A DNA stretch of 41,126 nucleotides from positions 1 to 41,126 of the forward strand of contig JAXMNT010000061.1 of the NCBI GenBank assembly GCA_034670305.1, given 5' to 3'. Position 1 is the stretch's first letter, and each line of letters opens with the position of its first letter. The translations under genes and the position numbers were made by a program. This stretch comes from Deltaproteobacteria bacterium. Its GTDB lineage: Bacteria > Myxococcota_A > Polyangia > Polyangiales > Houyiibacteriaceae. The notes beneath the pieces were generated by a model that saw only the letters and a program-made list of their open reading frames with translations, made no database searches and was not told where the DNA came from. This document shows positions 18,987 to 28,928 of this stretch, piece after piece.

Positions 18987-20120
18987 TTAGTGTTCGCTCT
19001 TGGGGCGGGGTCCGGCGAGCAGCGCTTCGCATTGCTCTTCGAGGTGCCACGGGCGGTGCTGGAAGACATCGTCGAACATCGTTCCAAGCTCCGGTTTCGG
19101 TTTGTTCTCAGCCGCCGTGATGCAGGCCTTGAGTTCGGTCTCGACTTCTTGTTTGTAGGCTTCGTCGCGGGCTTCGTCCCAGGCGCCGCGGCCTTCCAGA
19201 TGCGTGCGCATCCGCTGAATCGGATCGGTGCGCCGCCACTGTTCGACTTCGTCCTGCACGCGGTAGGCGCGTGGGTCGTCGGAGGTGGAGTGGCCGCCCA
19301 CCCGGTAGGTCAGCATCTCGATCAAGAACGGGCCGGCGCCAGCCGCCGACTTCTCGACGCACTCCCGCACGACCTTCCACGTCGCCAGGATGTCGTTGCC
19401 GTCGACGCGCACACCGGGGATGCCGTACGCGACGCCCTTCTCGGCGAACGTGACGCTCGCGGTCTGCTTCTCGCTCGGCACGCTGATCGCCCACCGGTTG
19501 TTGCGGCACAGGAAGATGACCGGCGCCTTCATCACACCGGCGAAGTTCAGGCCGGTGTGGAACTCGTTGCTGCTTGTCGCGCCTTCGCCGAAGTAGACGC
19601 TGACGACTTCGTCGTTGCCCTTGTAGCGCGCGGCCCATGCGATGCCGACGGCCTGGGTGATCTGGGTGCCGATCGGCGAGCTCACCGAACCGAAGCGGTA
19701 CGCCTTGCCGGTGTAGTGGTCGGGCATCTGCCGGCCCATCACGATGTCGTCCGCGTTGCCGTACATGTTGTCGAGGTACGCCTGCAGCGGGAAGCCGCGG
19801 TAGAGCAGCGCGCCGAACTCGCGGTAACACGGCATGATCCAGTCGTTCGGGCGCATCGCCGCGGCCGACCCGAGAATGCAGGCCTCTTCACCGAGCGAGC
19901 CGATGTGAAACCCGATCCGGCCCTGGCGCTGCAGGCGCACGAGCTGGGTGTCGATGACGCGGGTGCGGACCATCGACCGGTAGAGATCGAGCACCGTCTC
20001 GAGCGGAAGCTTCGGATCGGTCTCCGGGTTGAGCGAACCATCCGGTCGGATGACGGACGTCACACCGTCGGAATCGTTGTCCGGTGTTCGAATGGGTACG
20101 ACTTGATGTTCCGTCTGCAT
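18987..20120 (-). CDS. 2-oxoacid (probably branched-chain) dehydrogenase E1 alpha subunit
   Basis: QRQGRIGF, GRQMPDH, TPP motif FGEGATS...NNRWAIS, HSTSDDP. Confidence 0.96.
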   Translation of the reverse strand: MQTEHQVVPIRTPDNDSDGVTSVIRPDGSLNPETDPKLPLETVLDLYRSMVRTRVIDTQLVRLQRQGRIGFHIGSLGEEACILGSAAAMRPNDWIMPCYREFGALLYRGFPLQAYLDNMYGNADDIVMGRQMPDHYTGKAYRFGSVSSPIGTQITQAVGIAWAARYKGNDEVVSVYFGEGATSSNEFHTGLNFAGVMKAPVIFLCRNNRWAISVPSEKQTASVTFAEKGVAYGIPGVRVDGNDILATWKVVRECVEKSAAGAGPFLIEMLTYRVGGHSTSDDPRAYRVQDEVEQWRRTDPIQRMRTHLEGRGAWDEARDEAYKQEVETELKACITAAENKPKPELGTMFDDVFQHRPWHLEEQCEALLAGPRPKSEH

Positions 20121-20202
20121 GTCCCGCGTCCTTCTCTACTTCTTCGACCGACAGGTCTTCGTCTCTTGGCCGGCAACGGCCCACGCACCGTGCATCCGCA
20201 CG

Positions 20203-21150
20203 CTAGGGCAACACCGCGAGGTGCTTCTTCTTGCCGTACCGATCCACGCTCGTCGGCGCGGGCTGCCCCTTGAGCACGCCGTGCAAGAACGCTTCGGCGG
20301 CACGGTAGCTCGAACGCACGAGCGGTCCGGACGCCACGAAACGGAAGCCCATCTCGAGACCGCGGTCGCGGTACTCGTCGAACTCTTCGGGGCTGACGTA
20401 GCGCTGCACCTCGGCGTGTTTCTTGGTGGGCCGCAGGTACTGACCAAGGGTGAGCACGTCGACGTCGGCGTCCCGCAGGAGCTTCATCGCATCGAGCACT
20501 TCGTCGCGCGTCTCGCCGAGGCCGACCATGAGCGAGGTCTTCGTGACTTCGCTGCCGGCCGCTTTGGCCCACTTCAGAACGTCGACCGAGCGGTCCCAGC
20601 TGCAGCGGGCGTCGCGGATGGTGCGCTGCAGCCCCGGCGGCACTTCGACGTTGTGTGCAAAGACGTGGGGGCGGCCTTCCTGGACCACCGTCTCGACGTC
20701 TCGACGCTGCCCCTGGAAGTCGCCGAGGAGCGTCTCGACGAGCAGCTCCGGCGCGTAGTGGCCGATGCGCTGCAGCACCTGGGAGACATGGTCGGCGCCG
20801 CCATCGAGCAGGTCGTCGCGGTCGACCATGGTCACGACCACGTAGGCCAAATCGAGCTGCCCGAGCGCGCGTCCGACGTTCTCCGGCTCGCGTGGATCCA
20901 CGAAGCCCTGGGGGTTGCCGGTGTTGACGGAACAGAACCGGCAGCCTCGGGTGCAGGTCTCTCCGAGGATCATGATCGTGGCGGTGCCCTGCCCCCAACA
21001 CTCGAAGATGTTCGGACAGCGGGCCTCTTCACAGACGGTGTGCAGGTCGAGCCGGCGCATCGTCTCCTTGAGCGCTGTGAAGCGTTCCTGCGTCTCCCCG
21101 GAAGGAAGGCGTACACGGAGCCAGCTGGGCTTTCGGGCGGGTAGCGTCAT
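20203..21150 (-). CDS. lipA: Lipoyl synthase
   Basis: KPSWL, CEEARCPNIFEC, radical SAM CTRGCRFC, RSSY. Confidence 0.97.
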   Translation of the reverse strand: MTLPARKPSWLRVRLPSGETQERFTALKETMRRLDLHTVCEEARCPNIFECWGQGTATIMILGETCTRGCRFCSVNTGNPQGFVDPREPENVGRALGQLDLAYVVVTMVDRDDLLDGGADHVSQVLQRIGHYAPELLVETLLGDFQGQRRDVETVVQEGRPHVFAHNVEVPPGLQRTIRDARCSWDRSVDVLKWAKAAGSEVTKTSLMVGLGETRDEVLDAMKLLRDADVDVLTLGQYLRPTKKHAEVQRYVSPEEFDEYRDRGLEMGFRFVASGPLVRSSYRAAEAFLHGVLKGQPAPTSVDRYGKKKHLAVLP

Positions 21151-21372
21151 GGGCGTGCGCGCCCTCTCGAAAGGGAGAATCGGCGCGGGGATCGGCACGG
21201 TAGAAGCGCCTCTGAGGGCTGTCAACCGACTGAAATCACGGGGATTGTGCCGCATCGCGTCATCGGCTTCGATGACGTGGCTCACAGCCGAAGGCGCTTG
21301 CGAGATCACCCGTCTTGCGGGCCGATCACCCCCGATCCGTTCCGGCCCGGCCGACCGGAGGGCCGCCAGAAA

Positions 21373-22467
21373 CTACGGGCAGTCGAAGGTGGACCCAAGC
21401 GCGTCGACGACCGTCGCGATCGCCGAGCCGTCCGGAGTCTCGGCTTCGAACGCGATCCGCACGGTCGCCGCGGCTTCCGCGTCCCGCTCCGTCAGCGGCC
21501 GATCCAGCGCTTGGCCGAGCACTTGAGAGAACGCCCAGTGGGCCGCAGCCGCCTCGGGAGACGCCGCCTCGATGCGCCCGAGGCGCTCCACGAGCACCGC
21601 GGCCAGTCCGTCGGTCACCGCGCGGTCGAGTTGGTCGCGGGCGCGTTCTCGAAGCGCGAGGTCTTCGGCCACGTCGCTGTCGTCGAGATCGCGCCAGCAC
21701 CGCAGCGCGAGGATGCCGTCCCAGACCCGGTCGTGCGCATAGGGGTCGACGGCTTGCACCCGGCCACCGAGACCGACGCCGCCCCGCGCTTCGGCGCCGC
21801 CCGTGTAGTAGGCGTAGGCCGAATCGCAGTCTTTGGCTGCCGTCGTGCAGGTGAGCGACTCTTTGGCGACCGAAGCGTAGAAGAACCACAGCAGGCCCGC
21901 TTCGATCTTGGCCGCCTGGACCCGCGGACGATCGCCCGCGCTGCCGGCCGCAAACGCGTCGAGCAGGAGCGGCTGCAAGACCGCCGGGCCGACGCAGAAC
22001 TCGGGGAACATCGCGGGCACGCCGTCCAAGGTGCAATCGGTCCCCTCCGGTGCGTCCGCGCGCGGATCGAACCGGCGCACGACCCGGCTGTCGAGGCCTT
22101 CGTCTTCCTGGTAGATGCCGCGCGCCTCGAGGAACGTCTCTGCGGTCGCGTCGGCCGAGTAGTCGAAGAGCAGCGGCGCGATCGCTTCGAAACCCGCGAC
22201 GCGTGCGATCGAGCTGATGGTCGGCTGGATGCGGGCGTACGTGCCGAAGTCGGACACGCATGGGCCCCAGAGATCGTCTTCGCAGCTGGCGTAGTCCGTG
22301 GTGAGCGCCTCGCACAAGCCGGGGTCGGGCCGTTCGGCCGGCGTGCGTGCGGTGCACATCGTGGTCCCGTCCGGCGCGGCGTCCGGCAGCGACGCGTCGA
22401 TCCCTGCGTCGTCGTCGCCGCAGCCCAGCAGCACGAGGGCGCAGAGGAGTTTTGGTACCCACTTCAT
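21373..22467 (-). CDS. Cys-rich helical lipoprotein of unknown function
   Basis: MKWVPKLLCALVLLGC lipobox, GDDDAG..DA linker, helical body. Confidence 0.8.
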   Translation of the reverse strand: MKWVPKLLCALVLLGCGDDDAGIDASLPDAAPDGTTMCTARTPAERPDPGLCEALTTDYASCEDDLWGPCVSDFGTYARIQPTISSIARVAGFEAIAPLLFDYSADATAETFLEARGIYQEDEGLDSRVVRRFDPRADAPEGTDCTLDGVPAMFPEFCVGPAVLQPLLLDAFAAGSAGDRPRVQAAKIEAGLLWFFYASVAKESLTCTTAAKDCDSAYAYYTGGAEARGGVGLGGRVQAVDPYAHDRVWDGILALRCWRDLDDSDVAEDLALRERARDQLDRAVTDGLAAVLVERLGRIEAASPEAAAAHWAFSQVLGQALDRPLTERDAEAAATVRIAFEAETPDGSAIATVVDALGSTFDCP

Positions 22468-22542
22468 TTCACGCACCGATTTTACCCACCCGTATTTCCC
22501 ACCCAGATTCACCCACCCGTATTTCCCCTCCAGTTTCACGCA
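22467..22542. repeat. 27-bp tandem duplication flanked by TTTCACGCA direct repeats
   Basis: ACCCACCCGTATTTCCC at 22484-22500 and 22511-22527. TTTCACGCA at 22467-22475 and 22534-22542. Confidence 0.85.
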
Positions 22543-22568
22543 TCTGGAGCAGGAGGATGACAGAGCGA

Positions 22569-23270
22569 TCAGCGGTCCAAGTTGTACTTGGCGATGCAGT
22601 ACAGCGCACGGACGCCGTCCCGCCAGCCGATCTTCTTGCCCTCGTCGTAGGTGCGGCCGTTGTACGAGATGCCGACCTCGTAGATGCGCACGCCACGCTT
22701 CGCGAGCTTGGCGGTGATCTCCGGCTCGAAGCCGAATCGATCTTCTTCGATGGTGATGTCGCGGATCACCTCGCGGCGGAAGACCTTGTAGCAAGTCTCC
22801 ATGTCCGTGAGGTTCAGGTTGGTCATCATGTTCGACATCAGGGTGAGGAAGCGGTTGCCCACCATGTGCCAGAAGTAGAGCACCCGGTGGCTCTCGCCGC
22901 CGATGAACCGTGAGCCGTAGACCACGTCCGCCCGGCCATCGAGGATCGGCTCGACGAGGCGCGGGTACTCGTTCGGATCGTACTCGAGGTCCGCATCCTG
23001 GATGATGACGACGTCGCCGGTGCACTCCCGAAAACCGGTCCGGAGCGCGGCGCCTTTGCCCTGATTCTTCGCGTGCAGGATCACCCGCACGTCGTCGTAC
23101 GCCTTCTCGAGTTCCGCGAGTTTGTCGCGGGTGCCGTCGGAGCTGCCATCGTCGACGAGCACGAGCTCCTTGCCTTCGATGCCGGTGATTTCGACGGAAC
23201 GCACGCGCGCCACGATCGCTTCGATCGTGTTGCATTCGTTGTAGACGGGAATGACGACGCTGAGCCGCAT
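22569..23270 (-). CDS. Glycosyltransferase family 2 (polyprenol-phosphate glycosyltransferase-like)
   Basis: [47 protein letters not shown]. Confidence 0.95.
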   Translation of the reverse strand: MRLSVVIPVYNECNTIEAIVARVRSVEITGIEGKELVLVDDGSSDGTRDKLAELEKAYDDVRVILHAKNQGKGAALRTGFRECTGDVVIIQDADLEYDPNEYPRLVEPILDGRADVVYGSRFIGGESHRVLYFWHMVGNRFLTLMSNMMTNLNLTDMETCYKVFRREVIRDITIEEDRFGFEPEITAKLAKRGVRIYEVGISYNGRTYDEGKKIGWRDGVRALYCIAKYNLDR

Positions 23271-23365
23271 GAACGCCTCAAAGCACATTTGCCGCGGTGG
23301 TGCCAGACGGCGAAGCGCGCGGCACGCTCACCCACGCGCCCGCCCGTGGCTCCCACCAGGATCGA

Positions 23366-25279
23366 TCAGCGGCGCCGGCCGCGCGGTCGTTCCCGCCGCG
23401 CTCGCCGGAGCGCATTGGTTTCGTTGGCGATGACGCCGTTGAAGGGCGCTTCGATCGCGTCGCCGGTCTCGCGAATGATCGTGATCACCTGCGCAGGGGT
23501 GAGGCTCCCATTGACCGAGAGCATCTTGCCGGCGAGGTTCGCCACGTTTGGCGACGCCATCGAGGTACCGGAGAGCGGAATGGTCTGCCCGTCTGGAATG
23601 AGGCTCGGGACCTCCACGCCGAAGTCGAACACCCGCACGACCTCCGGGTTGCTGTTGGTGAACGTCGCCCAGTCGCCGTAGCGGTCGACCGCACCCACCA
23701 CGAGCAGGTTGGGCAGGTTGAAGCTGGCGGGCACGACGCCGTACTCGGCCACGTCCTGGTTGCTGTTGCCCGCGGCGACGACGAACAAGGTCTCCGGGCA
23801 CGCCTCGAAGATCGCGCGCCAGTTCTCCGCCCGCCGGGCCTGCACGGCCGCGGCGCGCGCCTGAACCTCGGCGTCGGTCTCGTAGGTGTCGCGTTCGTGG
23901 CGGAGCGCATCGGCCACGTACTCTTCGCTGAACCCGAGGCTCGCATTCACCACGCGGATCTCGTGGGCGCGAATGAAGGTCGCGATGTCGTTGATGTTGG
24001 AACGTTCGGCCATCAACTCGCCGTCGGTCGGTCCGCGGTGGTGGTAGAGCCGGGCTTCGCCCGCCCACGCGCTGCGGAAGATCGCCAGCTTCGCCTGAGG
24101 GAGCCCCTGCAACATGATGCCGGCGACGTGGGTCCCGTGCGCCCACTCCCCCACCGCATCGAGGTTCTGCTCGAGCGCTTCGAGCGCCTGCGGATCGGTC
24201 ACCGAGCGCATCAGCGCCAGCACCCGGGTCGCCGCCTCGGACGACGCGATGCCCGCCCGCAGATCCATGATGCCCTGAAGAAAGGGCGTGTACTCCGCCA
24301 AGGTCTCCGGAGTCGGCTGGTAGAGCAGATCCATGTTGGTGTGTTCGCCGATGTCCGACGCCACGCCGTGCACGTCGTCGACCAAGTCGTTCTCGTCGTC
24401 GTCCTGCCCGTTCACCTCTTCGTTCGGGTTCACGAAGAGCTGCGACTCGAAGAGCGCCGGGTTCGTGCCGACATCCCAGACGCCGATGCGGACTTCGCGT
24501 GCGTCGCGCGCCCCGGTCAGGTCGACCGTGCCGAACTCGTAGGTCGCCACGGCCGGCTGCGCTTCGTGTTCGGCGGCGACGGTCGCCGCCGCGGCCAAGA
24601 ACCGATCCCGATGCTCCACGATCGACGGCAGGAGCTGCTCGAAGAAGAGCGCCGTGCTCGCGGTCTCGAGCGACACCATCTGCTGCTGCGTCTGACCGAG
24701 CGCGGCCTGCAGCTGCTCCTGGGTCTGGAAGATCTGGAAGATGACCGTGCTCGCCGAGAAGCGGGTGCGCGGCTGCTCGCGGAAGACATCGGCGATCCCC
24801 GCCTCCATGGCGGCTGCGTCGGCGCCATCCCGGCGCGCCGCCTCCGCGAGGATCGTGTTCCCCGCGAACGCGCTGTTTCGGTTGCGGGCCCGTGCGCGCA
24901 CCAGCCGCACGATGCCGCGGGCCAGCGCCGTGTCGCCGTTCGTGAGCGCGACCACCGCCACGTCGAAGAGCCGCTCGACGGACTTGCCGCTCAGCTCTGG
25001 CGCCGTGCTTGGATCCGCGACGAATCCATCGAGCGCCTCTGCGGTCAGCTCCGGTTGAAGCGTGGCCAGCTTGGCGAGTGCGTGTTCCCTGACGTAGTCC
25101 CGCAGCGCTGGGCCCGTCATGGCGTCCCAAGGTCCGGTTGGGGTGGCGGCCACGGTGGTCTCGGTGCCCGTGGTGGGGGTCGTGGTTTCGGTGGTCGTGC
25201 CTTCGTCCGATCCGCCGCACGCAGCGGTCGAGATGCACAAGAGGAGGGCCTGGAGTTTCGTGGTGGCGCGGGGTCGCAT
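23366..25279 (-). CDS. S8 subtilisin-like serine protease, lipoprotein
   Basis: Triad motifs VWDVG, HGTHVAG, GTSMASP. Oxyanion AAGNS. Lipobox ISTAAC. Confidence 0.92.
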   Translation of the reverse strand: MRPRATTKLQALLLCISTAACGGSDEGTTTETTTPTTGTETTVAATPTGPWDAMTGPALRDYVREHALAKLATLQPELTAEALDGFVADPSTAPELSGKSVERLFDVAVVALTNGDTALARGIVRLVRARARNRNSAFAGNTILAEAARRDGADAAAMEAGIADVFREQPRTRFSASTVIFQIFQTQEQLQAALGQTQQQMVSLETASTALFFEQLLPSIVEHRDRFLAAAATVAAEHEAQPAVATYEFGTVDLTGARDAREVRIGVWDVGTNPALFESQLFVNPNEEVNGQDDDENDLVDDVHGVASDIGEHTNMDLLYQPTPETLAEYTPFLQGIMDLRAGIASSEAATRVLALMRSVTDPQALEALEQNLDAVGEWAHGTHVAGIMLQGLPQAKLAIFRSAWAGEARLYHHRGPTDGELMAERSNINDIATFIRAHEIRVVNASLGFSEEYVADALRHERDTYETDAEVQARAAAVQARRAENWRAIFEACPETLFVVAAGNSNQDVAEYGVVPASFNLPNLLVVGAVDRYGDWATFTNSNPEVVRVFDFGVEVPSLIPDGQTIPLSGTSMASPNVANLAGKMLSVNGSLTPAQVITIIRETGDAIEAPFNGVIANETNALRRARRERPRGRRR

Positions 25280-25444
25280 GGGGCGGATGGTGAAGGGTCG
25301 GTTCACGAACCGCAACGGTCCCCCGCGAGGGTGTTCTGGGGGCCTCACCCAAATGGAGGATGGCCTGGTTTCATCATTGCGTCCTGACGGAAAAGGCACC
25401 GGTTCTCTTCGCGCAGGGGCCTCCACTCGTGCGATAGTTCGGCC

Positions 25445-26308
25445 GTGCTGAGCTCTTCCCGCCCACCGCCCCATGCCCCGGTCCCCGGCGACATCGTGGA
25501 CGGTCGTTACCGGATCAGTTCGATCCGTGCGTCGACGCCGAGCACCGTGGTCTACGAAGCGACGCACCTCGGCCTCGGCCGCAACGTGACGCTCGAGCTG
25601 ATGATGAAGGAAGACAGCCGCGCCCAGCGACGCTTCCGACGGGCGGCGCGCATCGTGGGCATGATGCGTCACCCGAACGTCGTGGTCGTGCACGACACCG
25701 GACAGAGCGAGGGACTCGACTACATCGTGCTGGAGTCGCTCGACGGACAGACGCTCGGCGAACGCAGTCGGCTCCGCGGTCCACTGCCCATGGCCGAGTT
25801 CACGCCGCTTGCCCAACAGCTTCTCTCCGCGCTTCAGTACGTGCACGAGCGCAAGGTCATTCATCGCGACGTGTCGCCGGACAACGTGGTGCTCTCGAAG
25901 ACCTGGGACGGTGGCGAACAACTCAAGATCGCGCAGTTCGGGTTCAGCAAAGATCTCGGCGCCGCGACCTCGAGCACCACCGCGAGTGAGCAGCGGCAGA
26001 TCGTGGCGTCGCTGACCCACGTCGCGCCCGAGCAGATCCTCGAACCCGAAGACGTCGATCATCGCGTCGACATCTACGGCGCGGGCGCGTTGTTCTACCG
26101 CTTGCTCGCCGGCGTGCCTCCGTTTCGCGCCAAGTCGCTCGCCCAACTCGGCGGCGACATTCTCAACGCGGAGCCGGCGCCGCTTCGAAGTTTCGTGCCG
26201 GAGCTTCCGCCCGAGATCGAAGCTGCGGTGCTTCGCTCCCTGGCAAAGAAGCCGGACGACCGATACCAGTCCGCGCAAGCCTTCAGCGAAGCGCTCGCGA
26301 ACCACTGA
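25445..26308 (+). CDS. Ser/Thr kinase-fold protein, predicted pseudokinase
   Basis: HPNVV, HRDVSPDN, APE and DIYGAG are retained. The Gly loop is absent, VAIK is replaced by VTLE, and DFG by QFG. Confidence 0.88.
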   Translation: MLSSSRPPPHAPVPGDIVDGRYRISSIRASTPSTVVYEATHLGLGRNVTLELMMKEDSRAQRRFRRAARIVGMMRHPNVVVVHDTGQSEGLDYIVLESLDGQTLGERSRLRGPLPMAEFTPLAQQLLSALQYVHERKVIHRDVSPDNVVLSKTWDGGEQLKIAQFGFSKDLGAATSSTTASEQRQIVASLTHVAPEQILEPEDVDHRVDIYGAGALFYRLLAGVPPFRAKSLAQLGGDILNAEPAPLRSFVPELPPEIEAAVLRSLAKKPDDRYQSAQAFSEALANH

Positions 26309-26370
26309 GTTTGTTGTGGCCGCTGCGGCCGGGGGTGTTGGCGCGTCGCAGGGCCTGCTAGACCCGAGGC

Positions 26371-27252
26371 ATGGACCGGACCCTGACCGCAGTGGATGGC
26401 AACTCACAACGCCTCGACGGAGGCGCGATGTTCGGCAACGCGCCGAAGGCACTCTGGGAGCGTTGGATCCAGCCGGACGAACTCAACCGCATCCCGCTCG
26501 CGTGCCGCACGATGTTGATCCGCGAGTGCTCCGACGACGGCATCTTGCGCAACGTGCTCTTCGAGACCGGCATCGGGGCGTTCTTCCCGCCCAAACTCCG
26601 GGAACGCTTCGGGGTGCAAGAGGCGGATCACGTGTTGCTCCAGAACCTCGCGAAGGTCGGGTTGGTGCCCGCGGACATCGATGTGGTCGTCCTCTCGCAC
26701 CTGCACTTCGACCACGCCGGTGGACTGCTCACCCCGTACGAAGAGGACACGCCCTCGCGGCTCGTGTTCGAACACGCGTCGTACGTGGTCGGCCGCGGGG
26801 CGTGGGAGCGGGCGCTCGCCCCCCACGCCCGCGACCGCGCGTCGTTCATCGAAGTGCTCCCCGGCCTGCTCGAGGCGACGGGACGGCTCGAGATCGTGGA
26901 TGGGGATCGAAGCACGCAGCTCGGCCCCGACTACGCACTGCACTTCTCGGAAGGCCACACCCCCGGGCTCATGCTCGCGGAGGTCCCGAGCGCCGATGGC
27001 CCCGTCGTGTTCGCGGGCGACCTCGTGCCCGGCCGTCCCTGGGTGCACCTGCCGATCACCATGGGCTACGACCGGTTCCCGGAGCGGCTCATCGACGAAA
27101 AGGAGCGGCTGCTCGGCGACCTGGCGTCCCGCAACGGCCGGCTCTTCTTCACCCACGACCCGGACGCCGCGCTCTCGAGGGTCGTGCGGGACGACCGAGG
27201 GCGTTTCGTGGCCGGGGAGACCTGGGATGCCCCCGAGCAGCTTCCCCTCTGA
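26371..27252 (+). CDS. MBL-fold metallo-hydrolase (YtnP-like)
   Basis: [36 protein letters not shown]. Confidence 0.93.
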   Translation: MDRTLTAVDGNSQRLDGGAMFGNAPKALWERWIQPDELNRIPLACRTMLIRECSDDGILRNVLFETGIGAFFPPKLRERFGVQEADHVLLQNLAKVGLVPADIDVVVLSHLHFDHAGGLLTPYEEDTPSRLVFEHASYVVGRGAWERALAPHARDRASFIEVLPGLLEATGRLEIVDGDRSTQLGPDYALHFSEGHTPGLMLAEVPSADGPVVFAGDLVPGRPWVHLPITMGYDRFPERLIDEKERLLGDLASRNGRLFFTHDPDAALSRVVRDDRGRFVAGETWDAPEQLPL

Positions 27253-27314
27253 CCCCCGCAACGCCCACCTTCAGCAGTGCTGCGCCCCCGCAGAAAACAG
27301 CGTAGGCTGAGGCG

Positions 27315-27998
27315 GTGAAAGGTGGCCACGAAGTGGTCGTGATCCGCGAAGTCCTCGAGGGCATGGTGCGGAGCGACGTCGCGGGAACCGTTCTCTTCGA
27401 AGCGCTGGAGGCCAGCGGCGAAGAACCGAACGATGTCGACGCATGGCTGCAGTTCGTCGGCGGACCTCTGCGGCGTGCCCTTCGGGAGCGCGCGACCGGC
27501 GACGAGACCGACGTGGTGATCGGTCGAATCGCCGAGATCCTCGGACAGATTCGCCCCAGCAGCCCGGACCGTCCCGTCCGCCGCTCCCAGGCGCCCACCG
27601 GCCGCTTTCCCATCAGCGAAGGTCCGAGCCGACTGCTCGTGTTCGCCGCGTCCCACCGACTCGGTCGGCGGCTGAAAGCGTCCCTCGGCGCCAACGTCGC
27701 CCCGTTCGTCTTCGACGACCTCACGCGGCTCAAAGATCTCGGACACGACTTCGAACCTCAGCTCCTGGTGATCGACCTGACCGACACCCCCTCCGCCGGA
27801 CTCGACCAGATCGCCGCGCAGGCCTCGAAGATTCTAGATTCCGAAGTGATCACGGTGGTTTGGGACGAGGGCTCTCGGATCGGGCAGGCGGTGACCACCG
27901 CGTTCGAGGAGGCGGGACGACGGGTCAGCTGGATCGACCGCCGCGGGGGCGTCGACCCGCTCATCGATTTGATCCGCGCCTGCCGGGGTGCCGACTAG
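27315..27998 (+). CDS. Hypothetical protein with a degenerate receiver-like C-terminal domain
   Basis: Coding-like codon bias. C-half shows a receiver-like pattern (RLLVF...EPQLLVIDL...TVVW). Confidence 0.65.
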   Translation: MKGGHEVVVIREVLEGMVRSDVAGTVLFEALEASGEEPNDVDAWLQFVGGPLRRALRERATGDETDVVIGRIAEILGQIRPSSPDRPVRRSQAPTGRFPISEGPSRLLVFAASHRLGRRLKASLGANVAPFVFDDLTRLKDLGHDFEPQLLVIDLTDTPSAGLDQIAAQASKILDSEVITVVWDEGSRIGQAVTTAFEEAGRRVSWIDRRGGVDPLIDLIRACRGAD

Positions 27999-28156
27999 AG
28001 AGCGCCGGAGGCCGGGTTGCGCCACTGGCGCGGATCGGTCAGTCTCGCCGCCCTTTGCAACCCCCGGACCTTCCGGCACCGGTTGCAACCAAGGCTGGTT
28101 GGCGCCCAGATCGAACTCGATGATGAGTCCAAACGCGCTCGAAGGAACCCGGAAAC

Positions 28157-28462
28157 ATGGCGAGTAAAGCGAAAATCGCTCAGAACGAGCGTCGCAAGAA
28201 GTTGGTGGCGAAGTACGCCCCCGTGCGCAAAAAACTGAAGGCCATCATGAAGGACCCGAAGGCCTCGGATGACGAGAAGGACGAAGCACAAGCGAAGCTC
28301 CAGAAGCTGCCGCGCGATGCGAGCCCCGTCCGCATCCGCAACCGCTGTGTCGTCACCGGACGTCCGCGCGCGTACTACCGCAAGTTCGGCCTGAGCCGGA
28401 TCGCGCTCCGCGACCTCGGTCTCGCGGGTGAGATCCCGGGCCTGACGAAGTCGAGCTGGTAA
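28157..28462 (+). CDS. rpsN: 30S ribosomal protein S14, long zinc-independent form
   Basis: 101 aa. [32 protein letters not shown]...[11 protein letters not shown]. No paired CxxC. Confidence 0.98.
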   Translation: MASKAKIAQNERRKKLVAKYAPVRKKLKAIMKDPKASDDEKDEAQAKLQKLPRDASPVRIRNRCVVTGRPRAYYRKFGLSRIALRDLGLAGEIPGLTKSSW

Positions 28463-28466
28463 GACC

Positions 28467-28640
28467 ATGGCACGCGACAAGATTCGAATGATCTCGTCGG
28501 CTGGTACGGGCTACACGTACTACACGACGAAAAACAAGCGGACCATGCCAGGCAAACTGAAGCTTATGAAGTACGACCCCCGCGCGCGGAAGCACGTGGA
28601 GTTCGTCGAAGCGAAGATGCCGAGCCACAGCAAGAAGTAA
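28467..28640 (+). CDS. rpmG: 50S ribosomal protein L33, zinc-independent form (absent from the ORF track, 57 aa)
   Basis: Manual translation: [57 protein letters not shown]. No Cys. Confidence 0.97.
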   Translation: MARDKIRMISSAGTGYTYYTTKNKRTMPGKLKLMKYDPRARKHVEFVEAKMPSHSKK

Positions 28641-28649
28641 GAGAAGAAC

Positions 28650-28889
28650 ATGTCCAAAGTCTGCCAGGTCACTGGAAAGGGCGTTCTCGTCGGGAACAAG
28701 GTTTCGCACTCGAACCGCAAGACGAAGAAGCGCTCCCTGCCCAACCTTCAAACCCACCGCTTCTGGGTTCCTTCGGAGAAGCGCTTCGTGAAGCTTCGCC
28801 TCAGCACCTCCGCGATCCGCGACATCGACAAGCGCGGCATCGAGACGGTGTTGCGCGAGCTGCGAAAGTCGGGCGCCAAGATCGCCTGA
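28650..28889 (+). CDS. rpmB: 50S ribosomal protein L28, zinc-independent form
   Basis: [10 protein letters not shown]...GNKVSHS...PNLQ. Single Cys. Confidence 0.98.
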   Translation: MSKVCQVTGKGVLVGNKVSHSNRKTKKRSLPNLQTHRFWVPSEKRFVKLRLSTSAIRDIDKRGIETVLRELRKSGAKIA

Positions 28890-28928
28890 CCGCGTTGCTG
28901 CGGAGGGTTGCCCTCCCATGAATCAGAG

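Noticed and set aside
22484-22527. 17-bp direct repeat as a mini-CRISPR
   Set aside because: Only two units with a 10-bp gap, too short for a repeat-spacer structure.
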